From the IMG/VR virus record IMGVR_UViG_3300035682_000015: DNA of 21,551 nucleotides, one strand, 5' to 3'. A program made the position numbers and the translations under genes. This DNA comes from a virus (lineage: Duplodnaviria; Heunggongvirae; Uroviricota; Caudoviricetes). Under the pieces are notes generated by a model. It made no database searches. It was not told the origin of the DNA and saw nothing but the letters and a program-made list of their open reading frames with translations. Within the stretch, counting starts at the first letter, position 1. Every line of letters begins with the position of its first letter. Below are positions 9,186 through 17,020 of the stretch, in pieces.

Positions 9186-9462
9186 CATTTGATTCTTCTT
9201 TTTTCTCTTTTTGAATTTGACTAACAATGTATCCAGCAATTGCGAATTCCAAAGATGCCCACATAATAACATCAGACATTCCCAATGTTTCGTACTTTTT
9301 AATTAAAAAGAAAACCATACCAATTTGTCCAACACTAAAAGCAATTCCTGACTCTATTCTTTTTTTGGAGAAAAAAGAGTCTGAATTACCATATTGTTTT
9401 CCAATCTCGGTGATGAACCATTTGATGTTGGTCCATCCGAAAAAATACTTTTTATTTTTCAT
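9172..9462 (-). CDS. Small two-TM membrane protein (holin-like topology)
   Basis: Two hydrophobic segments (IAFSVGQIGMVFFLI; VIMWASLEFAIAGYIV) and a charged C-terminus; function is inference. Confidence 0.5.
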   Translation of the reverse strand: MKNKKYFFGWTNIKWFITEIGKQYGNSDSFFSKKRIESGIAFSVGQIGMVFFLIKKYETLGMSDVIMWASLEFAIAGYIVSQIQKEKKEESNENPL

Positions 9463-9493
9463 AATAATGTTTATTATAAGTATTTACTTTCAT

Positions 9494-9535
9494 AAAATAA
9501 AAAAGGGGATAGTAGCGAAACTTCCCCTTTATTTT
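9494..9535 (-). terminator. Intrinsic terminator after the 9581-10084 gene
   Basis: Minus strand AAGGGGA...TCCCCTT followed by a T-rich tract. Confidence 0.7.
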
Positions 9536-9580
9536 GTTACCATCACTGATAACGGTCCTAAACGTCCCCAATGGTGGGGT

Positions 9581-10084
9581 TTATTTTTCCTTAACTAAGA
9601 TTAAACATCTTTTAAGGTATTCTTTCGCTCTTGATGAGGGGTCTTTGTGTGCCAATACTTTTTCAATATCTTTAACAAGTTCTTCCCCGTGTTCGTTTTC
9701 TTTGTATAATTCGATTACTTTATCCATTGCTTTGTGACATTCATTATTTGTTTCATCAAAATAATTTTTGTTTCTAAAAGTATTGATATGGTTCATTAAG
9801 TTATATGCCAAATGTTCTCCTTTATCTTCAATACCATTATGTAATCTTAATGTTCTCAATACGTCCAAAGTATCAACCATTCCGTTAATACCACCATCAC
9901 GTTTTAGAACGCTTGATGTGTAGTTATTAAATTTATCGGATGGACCAATCATTGTGTCTAAAGGAATTATATTACCGGCAACACATCTTGGTTTTTGGTC
10001 TTGTTCTTTTTCCGAATCTTGTTCAACCAAATGTTTTCTAATTGATTGTTTAAGTTCTCTTTCGTTAATCACTATATTTTTCAT
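9581..10084 (-). CDS. Hypothetical protein with (I/L)xE leader
   Basis: MKNIVINERELKQSIRKHLVEQ N-terminus; TATTTAT on the minus strand at 10111-10105. Confidence 0.7.
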   Translation of the reverse strand: MKNIVINERELKQSIRKHLVEQDSEKEQDQKPRCVAGNIIPLDTMIGPSDKFNNYTSSVLKRDGGINGMVDTLDVLRTLRLHNGIEDKGEHLAYNLMNHINTFRNKNYFDETNNECHKAMDKVIELYKENEHGEELVKDIEKVLAHKDPSSRAKEYLKRCLILVKEK

Positions 10085-10154
10085 AAATGAAATGTTTTTA
10101 TATTATAAATATATTAATAAATGGAATTATTTGAATATAAAAGTATTTATAATT

Positions 10155-11180
10155 ATGATAAGTGAAAAGATAATAGATTTAATAAATAAAGTGGTAACTA
10201 AAAAGACCTTTAATTACTATGGTGTGATTATTGGTTCATCGGGACCTAATATTGATGTTGATTATAAGTTTCAAATTACTGGTCAAAGAAAAATGATGAG
10301 TGTTGGGGAATATTACGATTATTTAAAGGTTAAAGTTACAATTATAGGATTTAACGATAAGTTTAGTCCATTAATATTTGGTTTTGATGAAGAACATAAA
10401 CACTTAGATTTTGAAAGGATGTATAAGAGTCAACTTTATCCTTTTTATGATAAATTAAACCGTGAAATTCAAGATTATTTAAAATATTTTAATAATACTG
10501 GTGAAATTTTACGAACAACAATCGATGATTTAAATTTTGACGTAAAAAAAATTGACAATATTAAAGAAAATTTACATATATTTGCTACTAATATAAAACA
10601 ACCAATATTAGAGACGCAAATGAGTAGAATGAGTAAAGAGGCTATTAGAACGACTGTAACTAATATTGTCCGTAAGTTAAAGGAAGGTAAATCAGGGTCT
10701 TTTTATTTCCCTGGTGAAAATGGTGAAGAATATCATTTTACAAATTTACCTTTTAAATACTCGGTCGAATTAACCCTTCAAATTGATGATGAGTTGGATG
10801 GATATCAAATAAATGGGGAATATTCATCATCCGATGATGTAATTGAGATAATTGTTATTTATAATCCAAAAACATTAAAAAGAAATTTTTACAATATAAT
10901 CGGAGAATTAAACGATATTGTTGCTCACGAATTGGAACACGGATTTCAATATAATCGTGATGGTCGTATTCATCAAGAATCACCAAACGAATCATTTGAG
11001 TATTATACTCAACCACACGAAATAACAGCACAAAGAGTAGGTTTTAGACGTGTTGCTAAATTAAGAAAACTACCGTATAATGATGTGGTTAGAGATTGGT
11101 TTGAGGACCATAAAGACATTCACGGATTAACTGACGATGAAATGGAAAAAGTGATTAAAATTATTATTGATGGTAAATAA
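10155..11180 (+). CDS. Protein with C-terminal HExxH zincin-like domain
   Basis: VAHELEHGFQ...YYTQPHEITA. Start moved to ATG 10155 (TATTTAT at 10144-10150); the 9954 start overlaps an antisense gene. Confidence 0.65.
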   Translation: MISEKIIDLINKVVTKKTFNYYGVIIGSSGPNIDVDYKFQITGQRKMMSVGEYYDYLKVKVTIIGFNDKFSPLIFGFDEEHKHLDFERMYKSQLYPFYDKLNREIQDYLKYFNNTGEILRTTIDDLNFDVKKIDNIKENLHIFATNIKQPILETQMSRMSKEAIRTTVTNIVRKLKEGKSGSFYFPGENGEEYHFTNLPFKYSVELTLQIDDELDGYQINGEYSSSDDVIEIIVIYNPKTLKRNFYNIIGELNDIVAHELEHGFQYNRDGRIHQESPNESFEYYTQPHEITAQRVGFRRVAKLRKLPYNDVVRDWFEDHKDIHGLTDDEMEKVIKIIIDGK

Positions 11181-11952
11181 TATTCGAATAAAAAGTATTA
11201 TATCATATATGACTAAATTAACTCACACAGTTGATGAATTTAGATTTAAATTTATTAATGTTGAGGTTAATCATGTGACTAGAGGTATGATATCCGGTAC
11301 TGAAATCCAATATGATTTAGATATCACCCCAAAACAACCGGATATTCCATATATGTGGGAGTATTTCACTTGTAAATCAAAAGATATTATACACGATGGT
11401 TGTAGGATGGTGAGTATTAATTTTAGTAATCTTTTTACTAATGTTAATAACATTTATTATGAAGGTAAAAAAATAAATAAATCTAGTGGAAATATTCCTC
11501 AGTCATTTATTAATAAAATATCAGAACAAATACAACAAATTGGACCAAAAGAAATAAAAGGTCATTTTTGGTGTGGTGGTGAAAAAAAACAACTAATCTT
11601 AAATATTACTTATAAAATTTCAGATGTTTATATAGACGATGGAATAACAACAGATGTTTCAGTTTATTGTCATCAAGCATTAGTTAATGGTGAACCTTTA
11701 GAAAACATACCTCAAGACCTTGCAGAAACTATTGTTGGATATATGACTGAAAGTGATGACCTTAGAATACCTTTAGATAGTATTGTTTGGGATGAAGTTA
11801 CTAAGTATATGAATTTAGAAGATTGTGAACTATGGACACATACTTACACTCATATTAGAAGTATTGGAGATATTGAAGTTGATGATTACAATTATGTTAA
11901 TCATTCAACATTCTCAAGTAAATTATGTGATTTTATTTCGGGGGATTATTAA
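11167..11952 (+). CDS. Hypothetical protein
   Basis: 261-aa ORF overlapping the previous stop. Confidence 0.65.
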   Translation: MMVNNIRIKSIISYMTKLTHTVDEFRFKFINVEVNHVTRGMISGTEIQYDLDITPKQPDIPYMWEYFTCKSKDIIHDGCRMVSINFSNLFTNVNNIYYEGKKINKSSGNIPQSFINKISEQIQQIGPKEIKGHFWCGGEKKQLILNITYKISDVYIDDGITTDVSVYCHQALVNGEPLENIPQDLAETIVGYMTESDDLRIPLDSIVWDEVTKYMNLEDCELWTHTYTHIRSIGDIEVDDYNYVNHSTFSSKLCDFISGDY

Positions 11953-12575
11953 CCTCTAAATCTTTTAATTAATTTAACCATAATTTCTTTTAATGCTGAA
12001 CTTGAAATAGTTATCACACCATAGGATAATAATATTGTTATAATTTTATTAATATCCATAATTGATAATTTACCTTCAGAAATTTGATGAATATACGGTA
12101 ATAATGGAATTAAAAACGCAAATCCTAACACATTACTCACCTTAAATAAGGTAATGTTTAAACTCTCCATAAAATCAAAAAATACCTCATTTAATTCTTT
12201 AGTTTTAGATAATGCTACATCAAATTCTGAATCTAATCCTTTTTCTTTAACAATATCTTTAATTTTTTTGATTAACTTTGGACTATTATAATAGAATGTT
12301 GCGATTGCTCCGGTAAGTAATAAGCTAATCTCACCATCATTCATAGACGGATATTTTCCTTCAAGGAAATCACCAACCGGTCCCATTAGACCACCAATTG
12401 ATGCACCAAATGTTATTAATGCGGCTTTATCCCCACCAGTAATTTCTTTAATCTGAGTCGATATTAACTTACCAATATCACTATTTTTTCTTAAAATATT
12501 ACCAAATTCACGACCAATTGATTCGTTAAGTATCATTCTTTCTTGGGATTCGGTGATTAATATGTTCATTTTCAT
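11949..12575 (-). CDS. Multi-TM hypothetical protein with MNILITESQ leader
   Basis: MKMNILITESQERMILNES; hydrophobic segments ALITFGASIGGLMG, VLGFAFLIPLLP, IITILLSYGVITI; TATTTAT four nt upstream. Confidence 0.7.
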   Translation of the reverse strand: MKMNILITESQERMILNESIGREFGNILRKNSDIGKLISTQIKEITGGDKAALITFGASIGGLMGPVGDFLEGKYPSMNDGEISLLLTGAIATFYYNSPKLIKKIKDIVKEKGLDSEFDVALSKTKELNEVFFDFMESLNITLFKVSNVLGFAFLIPLLPYIHQISEGKLSIMDINKIITILLSYGVITISSSALKEIMVKLIKRFRG

Positions 12576-12627
12576 AACAATAAATACTTTAATTATATTT
12601 ATTGTTATATAATCTTAAAAAAAAAAT

Positions 12628-13200
12628 ATGAATCCAAAATTAAAAGTGGGTGATAGAGTATCACTATTATATATGTCGGAGGAGGTATCTATAAGTCCTG
12701 GTGAATGTGGTGTAGTTAAAAGTGTTGATAACGTATTTGGTGTAACACAATATGGTGTTAATTGGGATAATGGTAGTCGTTTGGCATTATTATCCGATAC
12801 TGACGCTTGGAGACATGAGAAAAAACAAATAAAAGAAGATGAGTTAAAAAAAATGGAATACCTTAATAAAAATGTGGATTTGTTTCGTTTATTTAAGATT
12901 GGGTTTTTTCGTAGATACTTATTACTGATTAGAAAGTCCAGTATTGTGAATATGTTTGAAGCATCCCCTTATTTATGGATGGGTCGAGATAGAATTAAAC
13001 ACGAATTCAAATATAAACATATCCCAAATGAAGAAGCCTTTGAAGAAATGTTAAATATGGCTAACGAAGCTCAAGCTGAAATGATTAATGGTGTTATTAA
13101 ATATTTGGAAAACGAAGGAATTGAGGAAAACATGGAAAACATCAACAAATACTTAAGAAAATTCGCACCTAAAATCGTAGAGTCCTACATTAGATTATGA
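12628..13200 (+). CDS. Protein with N-terminal SH3-like (DUF4314-like) domain
   Basis: LKVGDRV.L..M...GECGVVKSVD...GVNWDNGSRLALL..D resembles the DUF4314 pattern. Confidence 0.55.
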   Translation: MNPKLKVGDRVSLLYMSEEVSISPGECGVVKSVDNVFGVTQYGVNWDNGSRLALLSDTDAWRHEKKQIKEDELKKMEYLNKNVDLFRLFKIGFFRRYLLLIRKSSIVNMFEASPYLWMGRDRIKHEFKYKHIPNEEAFEEMLNMANEAQAEMINGVIKYLENEGIEENMENINKYLRKFAPKIVESYIRL

Positions 13201-13241
13201 TTATTCGATAAACAATTATATTTATAAATAAAACAAACAAT

Positions 13242-13874
13242 ATGAACGCATATTTTTTTAAAATGACAAATGAGGAAAAAACTAATATCCTCGACCAACA
13301 TAAATCAATTTATGACGGATATGTTACAAGTTATGCTCAACCAGCAAAAGAACAACCATTATACACTCAAGATTTTGCAAATGATAAGCAAGGATTAACT
13401 GTAAATAATAAAGGTGAGGTTACAGCATATAAAAACATGGGTATTAACGAAATGAGATTTGATAACAAATCTACAGGGTTATTCTCCGACGAAGAAAACG
13501 CATTTAAAGAACCGATGGAAGGTTATGTATCCCCAGGAGGACAATATGAACCTGAAGAATCTTTTGAATCTGAAGATGAAGGTCACTACGTATCCATGGG
13601 AGAACAATTAGATATGATTGGTGATGGACCAACTGATTTAGACCACGGAGTATTCGGACATGAAGAGGAAGAAGAAGATGGTTGGGAAGGTGACCCTTAC
13701 GAATACATTAAAAATGGGGGATTTATGGACGATGATGATGATGAATTAGTATTCAACGTTGGAGATAAAATTTTTGACGATGAGGACGAAATTGATGATG
13801 AGGAAGTTGAAGGATTATTTGAAGATTTAAAAGAATCGTTAGATATGTTTAAAAGATTTACAAAATACAATTAA
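13242..13874 (+). CDS. Acidic hypothetical protein
   Basis: D/E-rich C-terminal half; TATTTAT at 13219-13225. Confidence 0.7.
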   Translation: MNAYFFKMTNEEKTNILDQHKSIYDGYVTSYAQPAKEQPLYTQDFANDKQGLTVNNKGEVTAYKNMGINEMRFDNKSTGLFSDEENAFKEPMEGYVSPGGQYEPEESFESEDEGHYVSMGEQLDMIGDGPTDLDHGVFGHEEEEEDGWEGDPYEYIKNGGFMDDDDDELVFNVGDKIFDDEDEIDDEEVEGLFEDLKESLDMFKRFTKYN

Positions 13875-13875
13875 A

Positions 13876-14157
13876 ATGAAAAAAATAGTTAGGTTAAAAG
13901 AAAGTGATTTAATAAATATTGTAAAACGTATTATTAAAGAACAAGAAATGGAAGAAGAAAGATTAGATTTTGGTGGTATGTCAGATGATGAATTACACGA
14001 TTTACATCCCCACGTTAAAGGACACCCAAAACATTTTAAAAATTTCAACCCAACATCAGAATATTTAGGATGGAGAGGTGAAGTAGATAAAAGAGGTATC
14101 TATAAACGACGTGGAAAATTTCACGATGCTTTTACAGATAAGAAAAAAGAAGATTAA
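13876..14157 (+). CDS. Small protein with (I/L)xE leader
   Basis: MKKIVRLKESDLINIVKRIIKEQE. Confidence 0.65.
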   Translation: MKKIVRLKESDLINIVKRIIKEQEMEEERLDFGGMSDDELHDLHPHVKGHPKHFKNFNPTSEYLGWRGEVDKRGIYKRRGKFHDAFTDKKKED

Positions 14158-14160
14158 AAA

Positions 14161-14466
14161 ATGGAAATAAAAGAGTTAGAGTCGTTTTATATAAATGAGA
14201 CATCCCAAACTTTAGATGTTACTTTTAGAATTCATTCAGATAATGATGACGAAATTAGAACCGACCAAATTGATTTATCTGAAACAAAAACATTTGGGTA
14301 CGAATTAACCAATCAATCATCATCAGATTTTTTTGACGATGAAGAATTTGAGGATATTTTTGATGATAATGATGATGTAGAATTAGATGAAGAAGAAATA
14401 ATCTCATTTTTAAATGAATATTATTTAATCTATCCGGATAAATTACCGATAACACAATTATATTAA
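14161..14466 (+). CDS. Highly acidic small protein
   Basis: DFFDDEEFEDIFDDNDDVELDEEE. Confidence 0.65.
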   Translation: MEIKELESFYINETSQTLDVTFRIHSDNDDEIRTDQIDLSETKTFGYELTNQSSSDFFDDEEFEDIFDDNDDVELDEEEIISFLNEYYLIYPDKLPITQLY

Positions 14467-14467
14467 A

Positions 14468-14500
14468 AAAACCCCTCTTTACCGGAGGGGTTTTACTTTT
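14468..14500 (+). terminator. Intrinsic terminator
   Basis: AAAACCCCTC / GAGGGGTTTT stem with T-rich tail. Confidence 0.75.
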
Positions 14501-14519
14501 TAAAAGATATTTATAAATT

Positions 14520-14759
14520 ATGAGAACAGATGTTGATTATTTAATTTCCCTAATGAAGAAATATACACCGAAAAATGAAGGTGAGTTGGACGAACAAGAC
14601 GCAGCTCCAGCTTCCGGTGGTGGTGCGGGAGCCAATCTAAATACTAGAGGTAGAAAATGGGAAACCGGATTAACAAGAGGTCCTGCAAATATGTTGGGAT
14701 TAAAAGGTGAAAAGTGGGGAACCGGGTTAGCTAGGGGTCATGCAAATCCTGTTGAATAA
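14520..14759 (+). CDS. Small protein with a tandem 19-aa repeat
   Basis: KWETGLTRGPAN / KWGTGLARGHAN; TATTTAT five nt upstream. Confidence 0.65.
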   Translation: MRTDVDYLISLMKKYTPKNEGELDEQDAAPASGGGAGANLNTRGRKWETGLTRGPANMLGLKGEKWGTGLARGHANPVE

Positions 14760-14788
14760 AATAATTAATTTACGTATATTTATAGATT

Positions 14789-16234
14789 ATGGAAATATTA
14801 ATAAGTAAAGATAGAAGTTTGTTATATTTTGATGGTAAAATATCTAATTTAGATACCAAAACGTCTATGAATATATTTTCACTTTCAATAAATGAAACTA
14901 TTGATATTTTTAAACGTCAATCAAGTGAATTATTAAAGGAAAATAAAGACAACTTACTACATATAAATTCAATTATTAGGTCAATAGGTCATTTAATAAA
15001 TGATGATTTAAATGTTGTGGATAATCAATTCTTTTTATTTGAACTTGAAAATAAATTAAAAATTGATTTATTAGTTGAGAGTATTAATGATTCAATATTA
15101 CTTACCGAACAAGCTTGGGATTGGGTTAAAGATAAAGCCGGTAAGGCTTGGGATGCAACTAAATCAGGTGTTAAATGGGTTGGTGATAAACTATCAGATG
15201 TTGGCAAATATTTATGGGATAAAGGATTACCTTCGTTTTTTGATAAATTAAGAGACTTTTGTTATAGTCCTATAGGTATAGGGTTAGATGTTGCATTAAC
15301 TGTTGCGATTCCTGCTGCAGGTAAGGTGGTAATGAGTGTTGTATTTGGAGCATTATTATTATGGGAAATTAAAGAATTAATAGAAAAAGGACCCGGTTGG
15401 GAAACCATTTTAAATGTTATTTTCGCAGCAATAGGTGTTTTAGTACCGGCATTAAGTAAGTCAGGAAAGGCCGCTGTTGGTGGTGCAAAATCTTTGGGAG
15501 CAATTCCTGTTGCATCAAGAGGGATTATAGTTAAGATGATTGAGATGGGTAAAAGTATGGTTGGTAAGATTGTTCGTGGTGCCGGTAAAGGAGCTGAATG
15601 GTTGGCAGGATTATTTGGTCCGGGAGCCAAATCTTGGATGTCGGGAATATTAAAATCACTTGAATCTACACTAACTAAAGTTTTTAATTCGGTTAGTGGT
15701 AAATTAGTTGGTGGTGGTGAAAAACTAACTAAAAGTAGGTTATCTACCGGTATTAGTAAGGGTATTAAAACAGGTGTAATTTGGGCAACAGTTAATTTTA
15801 CTTTAGAGGAATTTTTAAAAACAGAAACAGGTCAAAAAATTATCAATAGAGTTCGTAAATTATTTGGTTATTCAGATGAAGAACTTAAAAATGGAGATAT
15901 TTTAACTAACGGTATTAAAAAATCTATTATTTCAGATAACCCATCTATGAAATTAACAGATTCAAGTAAAATTGAAATTAAGTATGATAAAAATAAAAAC
16001 GCGACAATAATTATTGACGGGGTAAAATATAAATTTAAAGATAACGCTGAAGAAAAACTTTTATTAACACCTATTACTAATTCTTCAAATAACATAATAA
16101 ATGATTATGATTCATTGTGGGATTATATGGAAAAAGATGGTAAATATTACACAAAGAAAAAAAATAGTGATACTTGGTTATTAACAAAAGGTAATGTTGA
16201 GTCGTCAATAAAAAATAAAGTTTTTAAAAAATAA
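14789..16234 (+). CDS. Helical membrane-active protein, candidate virion/ejection protein
   Basis: Trp-periodic amphipathic stretch AWDWVKDKAGKAWDATKSGVKWVGDKLSDVGKYLWDKG, then hydrophobic hairpins and a long G/A/K-rich region. Confidence 0.55.
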   Translation: MEILISKDRSLLYFDGKISNLDTKTSMNIFSLSINETIDIFKRQSSELLKENKDNLLHINSIIRSIGHLINDDLNVVDNQFFLFELENKLKIDLLVESINDSILLTEQAWDWVKDKAGKAWDATKSGVKWVGDKLSDVGKYLWDKGLPSFFDKLRDFCYSPIGIGLDVALTVAIPAAGKVVMSVVFGALLLWEIKELIEKGPGWETILNVIFAAIGVLVPALSKSGKAAVGGAKSLGAIPVASRGIIVKMIEMGKSMVGKIVRGAGKGAEWLAGLFGPGAKSWMSGILKSLESTLTKVFNSVSGKLVGGGEKLTKSRLSTGISKGIKTGVIWATVNFTLEEFLKTETGQKIINRVRKLFGYSDEELKNGDILTNGIKKSIISDNPSMKLTDSSKIEIKYDKNKNATIIIDGVKYKFKDNAEEKLLLTPITNSSNNIINDYDSLWDYMEKDGKYYTKKKNSDTWLLTKGNVESSIKNKVFKK

Positions 16235-16240
16235 AAAAAT

Positions 16241-17020
16241 ATGGAAAAAAATGTAATATTGGAATCTATTAGGATTAAAGAAATTATGGGTATATCATCA
16301 TCCAATAATTTATTATCAGAACAATGGACTGAAGTAATAAAAAATATGGTTAGAAGTTTGGGTATTGGTGTTAGAGAAGAATCTTTGTTAAAATCATTTT
16401 TAAAAGGTAATTTAAAAAACACAAAACAAGAACAAGAGTTTTTAACTTTCATTAAAAGTACTGAGGGTAAAAATTTTATATCTCAATTTGAAAGTAGGGT
16501 AGCTACTATGGTAGGGGATGAAAAGAAAATTTATAAAAGAGTATTAAACGATTTGAAAAGTCCTAAAAGTAAAGTAACCCCGCCTAAGACACCTAAAATA
16601 AATAATCTTAGATTTGAAACTGAATGGGCTAAAGTTAAATCAGATAGTGGAATTAATAAACTATTTTCAAAATACCCAGAAGCTAAGGATAAAATTAAAC
16701 CTTGGTTAGAATCAAACGTACAATTAGGTAAATCTTTTGATGATATTGGTGCTGACGTAATTAAATCACATATTAGGTCGGTAGTTAAAAAACCAGCAAT
16801 GTTAGATACTATTTTAAAATATTCAGATAAATTAATGAGTACTAGTGGTGGTAAATTATTATTGTTAACCGCTGTTGGGGGTGTTCTTGTTGGTGCGTGG
16901 AACGTTTCCGATTTATGGGAATATTTAAAAAGTAGGTTTAAAGATAATGAAACACCTACACCGGATAATAATAATAGTCCTGTAGAGGACCCTGATAATG
17001 GAGGGGAGGCAAATTGGTAA
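16241..17020 (+). CDS. Hypothetical protein with (I/L)xE leader and C-terminal TM helix
   Basis: MEKNVILESIRIKEIMGISSSNNLLSEQ; LLLLTAVGGVLVGAW. Confidence 0.65.
   Translation: MEKNVILESIRIKEIMGISSSNNLLSEQWTEVIKNMVRSLGIGVREESLLKSFLKGNLKNTKQEQEFLTFIKSTEGKNFISQFESRVATMVGDEKKIYKRVLNDLKSPKSKVTPPKTPKINNLRFETEWAKVKSDSGINKLFSKYPEAKDKIKPWLESNVQLGKSFDDIGADVIKSHIRSVVKKPAMLDTILKYSDKLMSTSGGKLLLLTAVGGVLVGAWNVSDLWEYLKSRFKDNETPTPDNNNSPVEDPDNGGEANW

Noticed and set aside
9954-10154. N-terminal extension of the 408-aa ORF
   Set aside because: It overlaps the antisense 9581-10084 gene, and ATG 10155 has the TATTTAT motif at the usual distance.
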